Shown one piece after another: positions 18,327 through 28,557 of a stretch of DNA of 64,000 nucleotides (within the stretch, counting starts at the first letter, position 1; each line of letters begins with the position of its first letter). The position numbers and the translations under genes are program-made. Source of the stretch: a virus (Duplodnaviria > Caudoviricetes); IMG/VR virus record IMGVR_UViG_2615840717_000004, positions 1-64,000 of that record, one strand, 5' to 3'. Below the pieces are notes generated by a model. That model did no database searches. It had not been told where the DNA came from and worked only from the letters and a program-made list of their open reading frames with translations.

Positions 18327-19073
18327 TTAAGGCAGCTCATCAAAGTTGAAGTTCATGGTGTAAGAGCGAGCCCGATCATTTCTGCTGAAACGCTCCTTCA
18401 GACTTGCCCCTGAAGCAGTCACATTGGAGAGGTAGACACTAATTGGGCTATAGTGCCCAAGGATATGACCGGCTGGTGTGCCTTCTTCAGCAGTTGGGAT
18501 GCGAATGTCTCCATAACGGAATGTCACACCCTGGTTGCCTGTATGTGAAGAGGTTGCACAGCTTACAATGGAAGCGTAATTACTGGTCGGAAGCCCGTTA
18601 TACTGCGGGTCAAGTACCGGCAATACCATATCCAGGTAACAGAAGTTGAAATAGCCAGAACCAACCCAACGGAACCCTTGGAATGCGCGATAATCATTGC
18701 CATCTGTTCCATGAGAGTACTGCTCGAACGTCACCTTGCGAAAAACATCTTTATTGCCAAAAATATTGAGGTGACAATCATGCGCAAAAACGGGCTCTGT
18801 CATGTGGTAGTCGCTTAGCAAATAGATATGGCCACGACCATGACGAGGAACCAAGTCAGCAGCTTTTTTTAGGCGTCTGAAGGGAGCGTTTTCAGATCCG
18901 TCGTTCTCATCAGACCCATTTACGGCATCCACGTAGAATACCCGTTGTAGCTCGGGCGCGACTGCCAAAATTTTCTGGATCTCAACATCGTGCTGCGAGT
19001 AGGTTGTTTTGACCGTTTCGATAAGATCTTTAGTGGATTGAACCACCTCATTCAGGCTTTGTGTCAGGCTCAT
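18327..19073 (-). CDS. Tail fibre / receptor-binding-associated protein
   Basis: FYVDAVNGSDENDGS..APF motif; position in the fibre module. Confidence 0.6.
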   Translation of the reverse strand: MSLTQSLNEVVQSTKDLIETVKTTYSQHDVEIQKILAVAPELQRVFYVDAVNGSDENDGSENAPFRRLKKAADLVPRHGRGHIYLLSDYHMTEPVFAHDCHLNIFGNKDVFRKVTFEQYSHGTDGNDYRAFQGFRWVGSGYFNFCYLDMVLPVLDPQYNGLPTSNYASIVSCATSSHTGNQGVTFRYGDIRIPTAEEGTPAGHILGHYSPISVYLSNVTASGASLKERFSRNDRARSYTMNFNFDELP

Positions 19074-19765
19074 TGCAACTGATCCTTTTCAATAGTGTGG
19101 CGTTGAACTGTGAGGAGTGAGGATGTGATTGAAGCATCTAAAGTAAGCTGCTCGGTGTGGGCGTTAGCTTGCTGGTCTATTTTTGCTTCCACCACCTCCA
19201 GGCGGCGCAGCAACTCAGCACGAGCGGTTTGAGCAATAGAAAGCTCCTTGCTCAAACCACGCGCTGTTTGGTTCAGCAGGAAGTTTTCAAGTTGAAGGGC
19301 GATCATAGAAGTGGCCGAGCCAGCAAACTCTTCCCCAAAGAAAAGCTGAAGATCCACATCGCCTGTAACTTGGATGACGTTTTGCGGAAGGCCGGTTAGA
19401 GCAAGCACGAAGGAAAACGAGATCGGCACGCCAGGTGTATACTGAGCCAAAGGCGTATCAGGGTCAGACCAGACAGCCAGCAACGTACCGTCTTCTAACA
19501 TCACGCCAAGTTCTGCCAGAGTGAACCCTGTGTCTCCGTCAATCTGGGCAGTGATCTCCATTTGAAAATCATCCAGATAGCGAGATCCGATAATCTCGAC
19601 ACGGGCTTTTTCTGATTTCAAACTGGTTTCATCACCCGCCGGCGAATAACGCGAACTCCCAAAAGCCAGATGTGTGATCCTGGCATGAAGTCCAGCATCT
19701 GAAGCACTAAATATTGCTCGCATGCCGGCACGAGTGAGTGTTGGATTGATGGCCTTAAGGCTCAT
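19070..19765 (-). CDS. Tail collar/fibre N-terminal protein
   Basis: LTRAG, ELGV.LEDGTLLAVWS motifs. Confidence 0.75.
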   Translation of the reverse strand: MSLKAINPTLTRAGMRAIFSASDAGLHARITHLAFGSSRYSPAGDETSLKSEKARVEIIGSRYLDDFQMEITAQIDGDTGFTLAELGVMLEDGTLLAVWSDPDTPLAQYTPGVPISFSFVLALTGLPQNVIQVTGDVDLQLFFGEEFAGSATSMIALQLENFLLNQTARGLSKELSIAQTARAELLRRLEVVEAKIDQQANAHTEQLTLDASITSSLLTVQRHTIEKDQLQ

Positions 19766-20502
19766 GTCAAAAGCTCTCCATGAAGTGAAAGGAATGAGTG
19801 CCCACGAGCAGTCGCAGCGCAGCCGAGGTCTGTTCCCATCTGCGGCAAAACCGGCTCGGCTGTTTTGGGTAAAAAAGCCACGCTACGCGCCATTGTGCCC
19901 GCACCCAGCATCGCCCCGCTTTGAGGAAGAACCATTGCGCCCATGGGCTGCGTGAAAGCGTTAGACCTGCCCGCAAGGCCAATGCTGAGCGAGCTTTCAA
20001 ACTGCGCACCAATCTGGAAGCTAAAGCCCCGCGATTTGGGTTTGGTTGCTGAGATTGTGCTCAGGATATTTTCCTGCAATCTGGCATCCAGCACCGGCCC
20101 ATCTGCGAAAACCTGCTCATTTGCATAAGCTGTAATCTCAAACGTGCCAGGAACACCGGAGCCGCCCTCCTGCCACCACTCCAACAAGTGCGCTGTGACC
20201 CCAAGAGCTTTGAGCGCAGTCTTGATTGAATATGGAGTGCCTTTGTATTTATGCACCTCTTCAGAGATGGAGAGCACCCTGCGCTTGACTTGTTCAGGCC
20301 ATGCCCGGTCCCACACATCAACAGACAGTTCCCAGCCCAAATGATCGAGCAAGCTCGCCGGTGCCCTCAATGGGTCAAGGCAATCGCGGATGACGTCCGC
20401 AGGAAGGCCGGACATGCGATCCTCAACAAGATCCAGCGCCACGGCAACAGCCGCAGAGTTGGGCGGCAGCATGGTTCGGCGTGAAGGCTGCTCATCAGAC
20501 AT
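19762..20502 (-). CDS. Tail protein I (P2 gpI family)
   Basis: LPPN, L.WELSVD.W, HKYKGT, EWWQ motifs. Confidence 0.9.
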   Translation of the reverse strand: MSDEQPSRRTMLPPNSAAVAVALDLVEDRMSGLPADVIRDCLDPLRAPASLLDHLGWELSVDVWDRAWPEQVKRRVLSISEEVHKYKGTPYSIKTALKALGVTAHLLEWWQEGGSGVPGTFEITAYANEQVFADGPVLDARLQENILSTISATKPKSRGFSFQIGAQFESSLSIGLAGRSNAFTQPMGAMVLPQSGAMLGAGTMARSVAFLPKTAEPVLPQMGTDLGCAATARGHSFLSLHGELLT

Positions 20503-21454
20503 TGCGCCACCCTCCGGTGATGGAGGAAACAGTGATTTTAACTGAGGCTGCAAAAGGTGCTTCAAAAGGGCTTACCATCACATCAGCCTCAGGCTTTGTG
20601 ATGAGCACCTCCTCCACACCATCAACCTTTAAAGCAGCTGCAAGAGTGGTTCGGTAAAGCGGGCGACCGATTGCAAGGCGGGTTGAGATGAATTTTTGCA
20701 AAGTGGCTTGTGCCTGCTCTTCAACGATAGATGCTGTTGAGGCAGAGACCACGTGCAGCTCAGCTTCCACTTCATAATGAACAGGCGTTGCAGAGATCAC
20801 CGTCAGCTTATCACCCACAGGCCGGCGCTTATCAGCTTTCAGGTTCTGATAAACACGATCCAACAGCTTCGCATTTGCAGCCCCGTCTCCAATTCGCGAA
20901 AGAACGCAAATCACAGGCTCAGCAGGCGGAACTGGCGGGTCCAGATTGTCATCAGGCCCATAAGGGACAACGTCCAGCACGTCACCGGAGGCTTGCAAAG
21001 CCCAGTACACATAAGCGCCTTCCGGCCCATAGGGCGAGTAGCTTTCCAGTACCAGCTGAATACGCGCCCTGTAGCTCTCATCATCCTCATAAATGATATT
21101 GTCTGGGTCACTGTCATCGAGCACCAGCCGGGTAACACTGCGGCCTGCTCCCAGGTGGTCAAGATCTGATCTTTTTGCAGTCGCCAGCAAAACTGATTTC
21201 ACTGCCGCATTAATGCGCGCGTTCATGTAAAGCTCGCGAGAAGCGCCAGCTTCACTCAAATAGCGTGCGGGCGAAGCGGCAATGGAGCGCGCCAGTGCCA
21301 TGATCTCATCAGCTTCAGCCTGTTCAAAGCGACCATCACGCAAATGACGGTCCAGCTCAACAAGGCGGGCTTCAAGCAAGGCATCATAGTCCAGCTCCAC
21401 CACGGCGGAGGGCTCTGGCAAAGTTGCCAGATCAAGCGCAGCGTAGCGGCTCAT
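20495..21454 (-). CDS. Baseplate protein J
   Basis: DLATLPEP, SDLDHL, GP.GAY.YWA, RPVGD motifs. Confidence 0.92.
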   Translation of the reverse strand: MSRYAALDLATLPEPSAVVELDYDALLEARLVELDRHLRDGRFEQAEADEIMALARSIAASPARYLSEAGASRELYMNARINAAVKSVLLATAKRSDLDHLGAGRSVTRLVLDDSDPDNIIYEDDESYRARIQLVLESYSPYGPEGAYVYWALQASGDVLDVVPYGPDDNLDPPVPPAEPVICVLSRIGDGAANAKLLDRVYQNLKADKRRPVGDKLTVISATPVHYEVEAELHVVSASTASIVEEQAQATLQKFISTRLAIGRPLYRTTLAAALKVDGVEEVLITKPEADVMVSPFEAPFAASVKITVSSITGGWRNV

Positions 21455-21476
21455 GGTGATATCCTGATGTAAGGAG

Positions 21477-21851
21477 TTAAAGGCCGGCAACCGGCACAGA
21501 TAGGGTCTGGGTCTCACCTTCAGGCGTTGTGTCGCCCTGGTGACCTCTTGGCACATAGGTACCAACCAGGTTTAAGAGGATTTTGCCAGGTCCGACCTGC
21601 GAAACGCTCAATGAGCTGAGAGAAAACCTTGGTTCCCATTGTTCCAGTGCTGTGGCCACAGCCACAAAAAGCGCCAGAATACCTGCATCATTGGACGGCA
21701 CATCCACCAAGTTTGGTAGATCAGATCCAAACTCACGCAGGAAAACCCGCGTGTTTTTTGGAGTTGAGAACAACCGGTTGATGGACTGGACCACGTGAGC
21801 CCAACCAGAAACTTCCCCGCCTGTTATCTCATCAAGGTCTTTGCCGGCCAT
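21477..21851 (-). CDS. Baseplate wedge protein (gpW/gp25 family)
   Basis: HVVQSI..STP..TRV..REFGS, WEPR motifs. Confidence 0.9.
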   Translation of the reverse strand: MAGKDLDEITGGEVSGWAHVVQSINRLFSTPKNTRVFLREFGSDLPNLVDVPSNDAGILALFVAVATALEQWEPRFSLSSLSVSQVGPGKILLNLVGTYVPRGHQGDTTPEGETQTLSVPVAGL

Positions 21852-21854
21852 GTT

Positions 21855-22067
21855 CTATCCGGCCTTGCGGGAGGAAGCCTTGCCTTTTGCAGCTGCTGGC
21901 TTCGTGGTCTTCGTGCTCACTTCAGCAAGCCGGCTACCAAGCGGCGGAAGATCAACTTTGGCCTGTTTTTCAAACAGATCAACCTCTTCACCTTCCCGGC
22001 GATAGGTGCCATGCAAAAAGCCTGCTCTCAAAACACGGTAGCGTTTCTTTTCCATAGTGTTCTCCAA
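21855..22067 (-). CDS. Small hypothetical phage protein
   Basis: 70-aa ORF filling the V-W gap. Confidence 0.6.
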   Translation of the reverse strand: MENTMEKKRYRVLRAGFLHGTYRREGEEVDLFEKQAKVDLPPLGSRLAEVSTKTTKPAAAKGKASSRKAG

Positions 22068-22682
22068 TTAAACAGGAGTCCCAGTCTTTGATGGACCAGG
22101 TGTCACTCCAGAATGAATGTGGGTGTGATCAATTGTGGTGCCTTCCGACTTCACATAGCCGGAGTTCAAGTCCACATCACCTGCGGTTGTGATGCCCGAC
22201 GGCGTTAAGGTGATGGAGGTGCCGGCAACGCTGAAAGTCATCTGCCCATCAACCAGAGCAATGGACGCATTGCCTACGCTGAGTTGGAGTTTATCGCCGC
22301 CACCTGAAATGATTATTTTTGTCGCCCCGACCTGCGCGAGAACGTGATCATCCCCTTTTGCACTCGGCCTTGGGTTCTCGTCACTTGGAAGCGCTGCCCC
22401 AATGCGGGCATCGGTTAAATCCCCACTCTCACTGGTAAGAGAGACTTGCTGACCTATTGAGGGCGGGTTGTGGGTCTTATTGGCCCCGCTTGCCGGCTCC
22501 GTCCAAGGAAGCCAGCCCGTCAGCATGGGCGTATCAGAATCCGTCAACCTGACCCGTGCCTTACCTTTGGCCGCATCAACCTCAGCAATCACTCCTTCGC
22601 GCGTACGATTGGCAAGGCGGCGCTCAATCTCAGTAACCTCAAAATATAGCTCGGCAAATAGGTCCGGCATATCCTGCGCCAT
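22068..22682 (-). CDS. Baseplate spike protein V
   Basis: TGWLPW, PSIGQQV, C-terminal HxHxH. Confidence 0.9.
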   Translation of the reverse strand: MAQDMPDLFAELYFEVTEIERRLANRTREGVIAEVDAAKGKARVRLTDSDTPMLTGWLPWTEPASGANKTHNPPSIGQQVSLTSESGDLTDARIGAALPSDENPRPSAKGDDHVLAQVGATKIIISGGGDKLQLSVGNASIALVDGQMTFSVAGTSITLTPSGITTAGDVDLNSGYVKSEGTTIDHTHIHSGVTPGPSKTGTPV

Positions 22683-22697
22683 TGCACATGCTCCATT

Positions 22698-23486
22698 TTA
22701 GGGGGAACCGGCGCGATGAGAGCTCTCCGGTAGGTCATTGGAAAAGGCAGCTGAAGGGTTGAGCGCAGATGCACTGGTCAGATGTAAGGCATCAGCTTCA
22801 AGGCCAGTCAGACCATAAAGTGAGAGCAACTGGTGTTCCTGCGCTTGCCCATCCCAGGCAAGTAAACTTTGCAAGCGCTCACAGTGCTCAGGATCCGTCT
22901 CGGCAAGCTTTGCAAAAAACCGGCTCCAGATCCCGGTCTCCGGCAGCGCTGCGCCGGGAACCGGATCTGCAACCAGCTCAACAGTCAATCGCAACTGACC
23001 GCTTACCAATCGCACCCCATCGCGGACATTGCCATGGCGCATCTCTTCACAAGAGGTGAAATCAGGAGCAAAGCCCTTCAGCAGCTCAGACCATGGGTTG
23101 GTTGGATCAAGAAGAGTAAACTTGATCTGCCGGGTTAAGGCATCAAGAAAGAACTCAAAGTTAGGACTGGTTGCAGGCACCTCCAGCCCAACCACAACAC
23201 TCTCACCCTTCTCATTGGTCTGGGTCATTGCAGCTGTAATGCCGTAGTTAAAGACCAGATCCAGGTGACCATTCATGCGCAGCGAACGCCCACTCAGCTC
23301 AGCCGCCTTGGAACTATCCGTGTAAACGGCAATGAAGGGGCCTTCTTCATCGGTGCGCAGACTGCCGTCACTGCTCACCTGAAGCGCAGCTACCTTACTA
23401 TCAAGGATATTGGTACCAACCAGTGTTCCAGCAGCTTTGAGCGCCTCCACTACGCAGTAACGCACAGCAATTCGGGCAAGAGACAT
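22698..23486 (-). CDS. Hypothetical neck/tail-completion region protein
   Basis: 262-aa ORF coupled in the structural operon. Confidence 0.6.
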   Translation of the reverse strand: MSLARIAVRYCVVEALKAAGTLVGTNILDSKVAALQVSSDGSLRTDEEGPFIAVYTDSSKAAELSGRSLRMNGHLDLVFNYGITAAMTQTNEKGESVVVGLEVPATSPNFEFFLDALTRQIKFTLLDPTNPWSELLKGFAPDFTSCEEMRHGNVRDGVRLVSGQLRLTVELVADPVPGAALPETGIWSRFFAKLAETDPEHCERLQSLLAWDGQAQEHQLLSLYGLTGLEADALHLTSASALNPSAAFSNDLPESSHRAGSP

Positions 23487-23860
23487 CAGGCTTCTCCAAG
23501 TTCTAAGATGATGCGCGAAGCACCGCGATCAGAAACATCAAGGACTTCAAACCACGGCTTGCCAGCGCGCGCGAGGGCTTGCACCTTGTCGCCAGCCCTG
23601 GGCATCGGTCCGTCATAATCAGAGCGGGCAAGTTCTAAAAAGGATGGTTCAGCAGAAAGGCTGGTGCGTTCTTTTTTCGATCCCTTGGAAAGGTTGAACA
23701 CATGCCCTGCACCACTGCGCAAGACCGCGTTCAGCGCCGTGTTTTCGCGGGTAGGATCGCTTTGCTGCTCACCATCAAGGAAAGCCAGCAAAACCGGCTC
23801 TCCCATGACGCCATCCACCTCTTCGGTGAGTTCGGCCCGAAGGTCATCAAGTTCTGACAT
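23486..23860 (-). CDS. Head-tail joining-type protein
   Basis: 124 aa, synteny after the capsid gene. Confidence 0.55.
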   Translation of the reverse strand: MSELDDLRAELTEEVDGVMGEPVLLAFLDGEQQSDPTRENTALNAVLRSGAGHVFNLSKGSKKERTSLSAEPSFLELARSDYDGPMPRAGDKVQALARAGKPWFEVLDVSDRGASRIILELGEA

Positions 23861-23862
23861 GA

Positions 23863-24156
23863 TCAGTCCTGTGCTGAGCCACCAGTGCTGGCTTGGTCTT
23901 CTGGATTTTTGCCACCAGAGCCATCACCTTCTCCAGATTGACCCTTTGCTGACTTACCACCTTGAGACCCAGAGGTGTCACTCTGCACAGCTGTTGGTTT
24001 CGGAGGAAGTGAAACCTCAGTAAGTCCGCCAAAGGCATCCAGTTTGCTTAGCTCAGCCTTTTTCAAACCTGTCGGCAGTTGCTCACCGGGCTTAATCACG
24101 CCTTTAGAGGTCCGTAACCGAGCAGTTGCGATTTTGACTGTACCTGCTCCAGCCAT
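23863..24156 (-). CDS. Hypothetical protein (post-capsid, FI-like position)
   Basis: 97-aa ORF with low-complexity tail, coupled to the capsid gene. Confidence 0.55.
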   Translation of the reverse strand: MAGAGTVKIATARLRTSKGVIKPGEQLPTGLKKAELSKLDAFGGLTEVSLPPKPTAVQSDTSGSQGGKSAKGQSGEGDGSGGKNPEDQASTGGSAQD

Positions 24157-25211
24157 CAGACCACCCCTTTCCAGACTTTGACACCATTCGGTCGACCAGG
24201 GATCATCAATGGTGCGGACTGCGTCATTGCCTGATCAATGGACGGATTGTCTTGCTCCCACACTTTCGGGAACATAGGCATCGCCTGAAGACCAGCCTTT
24301 TTGTCCATGATGGTGCCAAATGCACGAACCCCGTAAACGCCAGAGGTACCACTTTCACCAACTGGTGCAATCAGCATGACTTCACCGGATTCCAGATAAG
24401 GCTTTTCGGTCCCATCAACATCACGATAAGTGCTGTGATCGACATAGATGTTAAAGTTGCCAACGGTTCCTTTGAACTCAACTGGATTTTCTGGATCTGT
24501 TGCAGATGGGGACGCCGTCAAAGTGCTGTCATTGCGCTTGGTCAGATCCATCTCTGCCTTCACGCTTTTATTCACTTTGAAATGTCGCCACACATCCGGC
24601 GCCATATAAACTTCTGTTGCCCGAGACCCTGTCTTTTTAGCAACCTCCGCAGAACCTTCTTCCAGCAGAGAGAAAAGCTCGTAGTCAGCATTGGACCATT
24701 TCTGGTCATCATCAGTGATCAAGTCCACCATTTCAGGTGCACGGCCAAAATCCACCAGGCGAGCGGGATAATCTTCACCAGCAATAGTGACTTTGCCGTC
24801 TTTCAAAGCGAAACGCGCAAGCCATTCCCATCGCGCTTCAACTTGCATTTTTTGCTCATACAGGGCGATGGAAACAGCACGTTCAAACCGATCCATAGCA
24901 GTAAGTTCACCAGAGAACTTTTCACCAGCCATACGCGTAACAGCATCGTTTGGCTTGATCATATTCAGCGGCTTCACATAAGCAGGTTTGAAAGATTTAG
25001 CCGTATATCCAGCACGCTCCTGCGGCTTGCCCGCATTCAGAGGCATCACGAAAGGTGCAAGAGATACCTGGTCTCTGAATACACTATCAAAGTGGATCTC
25101 TTCTTTGTCGGAGAGATACTCAAGCTTGAAAAACTTATCAATGAAATGCCGTTTAGGCGTGAAAATTGTTTCGATCACGGTCATCAGATCGCTTAGGGTG
25201 TAAATATCCAT
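24156..25211 (-). CDS. Major capsid protein (lambda gpE family)
   Basis: LAPFV.P, FKPAYVKP, VDFGR, TQSAPL motifs. Confidence 0.93.
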   Translation of the reverse strand: MDIYTLSDLMTVIETIFTPKRHFIDKFFKLEYLSDKEEIHFDSVFRDQVSLAPFVMPLNAGKPQERAGYTAKSFKPAYVKPLNMIKPNDAVTRMAGEKFSGELTAMDRFERAVSIALYEQKMQVEARWEWLARFALKDGKVTIAGEDYPARLVDFGRAPEMVDLITDDDQKWSNADYELFSLLEEGSAEVAKKTGSRATEVYMAPDVWRHFKVNKSVKAEMDLTKRNDSTLTASPSATDPENPVEFKGTVGNFNIYVDHSTYRDVDGTEKPYLESGEVMLIAPVGESGTSGVYGVRAFGTIMDKKAGLQAMPMFPKVWEQDNPSIDQAMTQSAPLMIPGRPNGVKVWKGVV

Positions 25212-25224
25212 GAACGTAATCTCC

Positions 25225-25575
25225 TTAAGCCGCTTGCCAATAACGCGCCAAGATACCGTTGCCGCGTAGCGCTTGTTTCACCACTTCAGCATCCAGGCCA
25301 CCAAAGTACATTTCATTTAGGTTGAAATCTTCACCTTGAACGTAAACGCCCATGGAGCTGTCGGCCTCCAGCGTAATGCCAACGGTCATCACAACACTGG
25401 CCTTGCTCGCATCGGTAAGCGCAACAAACACCTTGTTGGCACTGTCATACTCAAGCACTTGGCCGCGTTTATAAGTACCTGCGGCAACTGTGTTAGGTTG
25501 GGTTTTAACGTTCCCACCATGAAGATTATCGACGGGAGACGTTCCGTGATTGGTATTTCCAGCCAGCTGGCTCAT
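25225..25575 (-). CDS. Head decoration protein (gpD-like)
   Basis: 116 aa, RGQVL motif, between protease and capsid. Confidence 0.75.
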   Translation of the reverse strand: MSQLAGNTNHGTSPVDNLHGGNVKTQPNTVAAGTYKRGQVLEYDSANKVFVALTDASKASVVMTVGITLEADSSMGVYVQGEDFNLNEMYFGGLDAEVVKQALRGNGILARYWQAA

Positions 25576-26648
25576 TTAGCACCTCCAAACATGCTCTTTG
25601 CTCGATTGACCAGGCGTGTCCCTTTGTCATCGTCGGTCAAATCTGATGGGTTGCTGTAACTAGATGCTTGGGAACTAGCAGATAGACGCTGCTGTTCGTA
25701 AGTACTGGCCTGAGTTCTTTGTCCGTCACTCTTCGGCGCATTGCCCTCACCAGCTTTAGCTGCCTTATCAAGCACCTTTTGACTATCTTCAAAGTTCGTT
25801 GAGGTCTCAAACGCGAGGTACTTCGCAAGTTCGGTGCGGCCAGCAGCTTCATCACAATTGAGGATCTTACCGATGCGCTCACGTTCCGCTGTTGCCTCAT
25901 CGGCAGCGTTTGACTGCGTCTTGTCGGTGTTAGGGCTGGCGGAGTTGGCATCCGCCGCAGGTTGTGTCGTCATAGGCTGTATCTCCTGATTGACAGTCGT
26001 TTGTGCGACGGATGCCGCCGGAGAGCGCTGAGCTTCAGCGCTCCAGTTCTTTGTCTTGGAAAGTTGTTTCAAAGTGTCGGGCGCGCAGTTGTAAGTCTGG
26101 TAGTCAAAGGCAGATACACTCACGGCCTGAGCAGCCTCATCAACGGTTGCAAAACCTTGAGCCTGAGCTTCACTGCCATTCATCCAGGTTTCTTCAACCA
26201 TCATCTGGCGTAGCTCTTCAGCTGTCTTTCCGGTTACATCTGCGTATATGCCTGCAAGCAGATCGGCTTGCTTGTGCAGCAGCTCGCCCATCGCTTCATG
26301 CTCTGCCGCAGTGCCGCGTTTTTCTCCAGCCGGGTCATGGATCATCATCATGGCCCCGGTGCGCATGGTCCGTTCATCACCAGCCATGGCAATAACGGAG
26401 GCAGCGGAAGCAGCCATTGCGTCAATAATGACGGACACTTTGCCCTTATGCGTCTTTAATGCATTGAAGATGGCAATGCCTTCATCGGTATAGCCGCCAC
26501 CTGAGTTAATCCGCACAGCGATTGGCTCATCACGGCCATGCAGAGCAAGAGCGTTCAGCACTTCCCGCGCTGTAAAGCCTTCACCCCAATAGCTTTCACC
26601 AACGAACCCATAAAGAATGAGTTCGCCGTCCTGTAAAATTTCCGGCAT
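25572..26648 (-). CDS. ClpP-like head maturation protease with scaffold C-terminus
   Basis: RINSGGG, AASAAS, MIHDP, ETWM motifs. Confidence 0.92.
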   Translation of the reverse strand: MPEILQDGELILYGFVGESYWGEGFTAREVLNALALHGRDEPIAVRINSGGGYTDEGIAIFNALKTHKGKVSVIIDAMAASAASVIAMAGDERTMRTGAMMMIHDPAGEKRGTAAEHEAMGELLHKQADLLAGIYADVTGKTAEELRQMMVEETWMNGSEAQAQGFATVDEAAQAVSVSAFDYQTYNCAPDTLKQLSKTKNWSAEAQRSPAASVAQTTVNQEIQPMTTQPAADANSASPNTDKTQSNAADEATAERERIGKILNCDEAAGRTELAKYLAFETSTNFEDSQKVLDKAAKAGEGNAPKSDGQRTQASTYEQQRLSASSQASSYSNPSDLTDDDKGTRLVNRAKSMFGGAK

Positions 26649-26672
26649 TTTGAAAATCCTTAAAGGTTGGGT

Positions 26673-26933
26673 TCAGCACCAGCGAACTGAGCGCGCTCGG
26701 CGAAGAACCTTACCGCCAGCAGCCAAGCTGCATTTGGCCTCATACTGAGCAATGAGTTTTTGCAGAGCTGGCAGGTTGGCGGCAGAGTACGTCACTTCAT
26801 CGCGCCCAAAGCGAACGGTTTCCCGGCGCCCACCAGAGGCCACAACCAGCTCAATCTTGCGAAGCGCGGTTGCAATGGCACAAGGCTGATTGATTGAGAC
26901 CATGTCAGAACCGATTTTGACCTGATCATTCAT
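26673..26933 (-). CDS. Head-tail adaptor (lambda gpW-like)
   Basis: 86 aa after the portal; EVTYS.ANL..L pattern. Confidence 0.65.
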   Translation of the reverse strand: MNDQVKIGSDMVSINQPCAIATALRKIELVVASGGRRETVRFGRDEVTYSAANLPALQKLIAQYEAKCSLAAGGKVLRRARSVRWC

Positions 26934-28557
26934 CGGTTACCCCTTGTGCTCCATCATTAGTGACTTCGGTTGCTTGTGAAGTTTTCGGCTCATAAGGCGA
27001 GCGCATGCCAGCTTCGAGATAACGCCGGTGCTCTGAGAGGCGCTGCTCAAACAGCTCCTCTTCATCAATGCCCATCTCAGAGCATTCATGTGCAAGGGAC
27101 GAAGTGCCATTCTCCAACCGAGTGCTGGAAGCCTTGGCGCTTTTTGCATCATCTGCCGTTGGTTTGGCTGGACCTTGCCACTGAGCCCAGGATGCTTCCT
27201 CACGCAAAGCCGAATAAGCTTCATATCCGCCCTTGAACGGGATACGGCCCTCTCCCACTTCCTCATCAAGCCAGCTTTCGTAAACAGCCTGATAAGTTGG
27301 CGCAGCAATGCGCTCTCGCCGCCTGGTCACAACCGGCCAGATGCTCGCATTTTCCATGCGCACACTGGAGTAAGTGGCATTGGAATAATCCATGGTGAGG
27401 CCACCATAGGTAATCCCAATCGCCCGTGCCATTTCCCGCCCAAGTGAACCTGAGAACGGCAGATAGTGAGGCCCCGGTGTACCAGCTGTCTTGATTTCAA
27501 AATCTTCGCCCGGCGCGATATGTGACACCGTTGGATCACTACCCAAACTCACGGAGCTTTCTGCAGCTTTCGCCAATGAGCCAGACAGATAACCAGCAAA
27601 CTCTTCCACATACTCAGAATCTTCAGAGCTTTTGGCGATGGCTTCAATTGCAGCAAATGCTTCTTCTGATGGTAACTCACTCTTTAAAACAGCGGCAAAC
27701 AAGGTTTGCAAAATCGCCGTTTGCAGCGTGGCATCCTCAAGCATTTCATGCTGGATGTGTTTTCTAAAGGCAGACGCCAGAACAGAGATCCCACGCACAT
27801 CACTTGCGCATGTTGGATCAAAGATATGTAGGACTTGAGCCCGCCCCGCTAAATCGCGAGCGTTATACCGCGTCTTGACGGTTTGACCGTTTCTCGCCTC
27901 TTCAATCAGATAGGATATTGGGCGACCATTCTCATCATGGAAGACACCTTGAAACAGACGGTCATGCTCCAGCGTGTCTTGAACCAACTTCTGAGGTGAG
28001 AACAAACAAAGCTTTGTGCCGGCTTTAATGCCGTAGCGAGCCCGCTGCGCACCGCCCATGTAATCAAGCATGCCCGTGACTTCGCCAAAGGTGATGTAGT
28101 CCCGTAAAGAGCAATCAACCAGCTGAGGCAGAGTGAACTTGCCGCGCATGTCACACTCAGCCTGGTTCCAGGCAAACCGCTTCCAGCGCTGCTTAACAAT
28201 CCGGCACCATTCAGCTGTCTCCTGCGCGTCATAGCCCGCAGCGCTTAAGTTCGGCTTGGGGTTAAGCAACAACTCAGAACCAACCGTATCTGCAATTACC
28301 TGGTCAACGGCCCCTTTAAGCCGGCCTGAGTTTTGAATGATATCTCGCGCCAGACCTGCACAGCGACGCCAGGACAAACGAATATCATCCCGGCTGTTTG
28401 TGAGCGAAGCTGGACGTGTTGCCAGAACCTTAGAGCGGGTATCACGCAGATATCGACTGACGCTGCGCACTGCAACCTGTCCTGGTCCCTTATCGGTAAG
28501 AGCAGGTTTGTCGCCCCGGTTAAGCAACCGACCAAGCGCTTTTAACGGTTTCGCCAT
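26926..28557 (-). CDS. Portal protein, lambda family
   Basis: RGIS.L, DYSNATYSS.R motifs. Confidence 0.92.
   Translation of the reverse strand: MAKPLKALGRLLNRGDKPALTDKGPGQVAVRSVSRYLRDTRSKVLATRPASLTNSRDDIRLSWRRCAGLARDIIQNSGRLKGAVDQVIADTVGSELLLNPKPNLSAAGYDAQETAEWCRIVKQRWKRFAWNQAECDMRGKFTLPQLVDCSLRDYITFGEVTGMLDYMGGAQRARYGIKAGTKLCLFSPQKLVQDTLEHDRLFQGVFHDENGRPISYLIEEARNGQTVKTRYNARDLAGRAQVLHIFDPTCASDVRGISVLASAFRKHIQHEMLEDATLQTAILQTLFAAVLKSELPSEEAFAAIEAIAKSSEDSEYVEEFAGYLSGSLAKAAESSVSLGSDPTVSHIAPGEDFEIKTAGTPGPHYLPFSGSLGREMARAIGITYGGLTMDYSNATYSSVRMENASIWPVVTRRRERIAAPTYQAVYESWLDEEVGEGRIPFKGGYEAYSALREEASWAQWQGPAKPTADDAKSAKASSTRLENGTSSLAHECSEMGIDEEELFEQRLSEHRRYLEAGMRSPYEPKTSQATEVTNDGAQGVTDE

Noticed and set aside
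17847-19765. Diversity-generating retroelement or invertible tail-fibre switch
   Set aside because: No reverse transcriptase, invertase or template/variable repeat pair seen in the window.
24252-25196. 314-aa + strand ORF antisense to the capsid gene
   Set aside because: Codon-bias shadow, contained within one gene, no junction signals.
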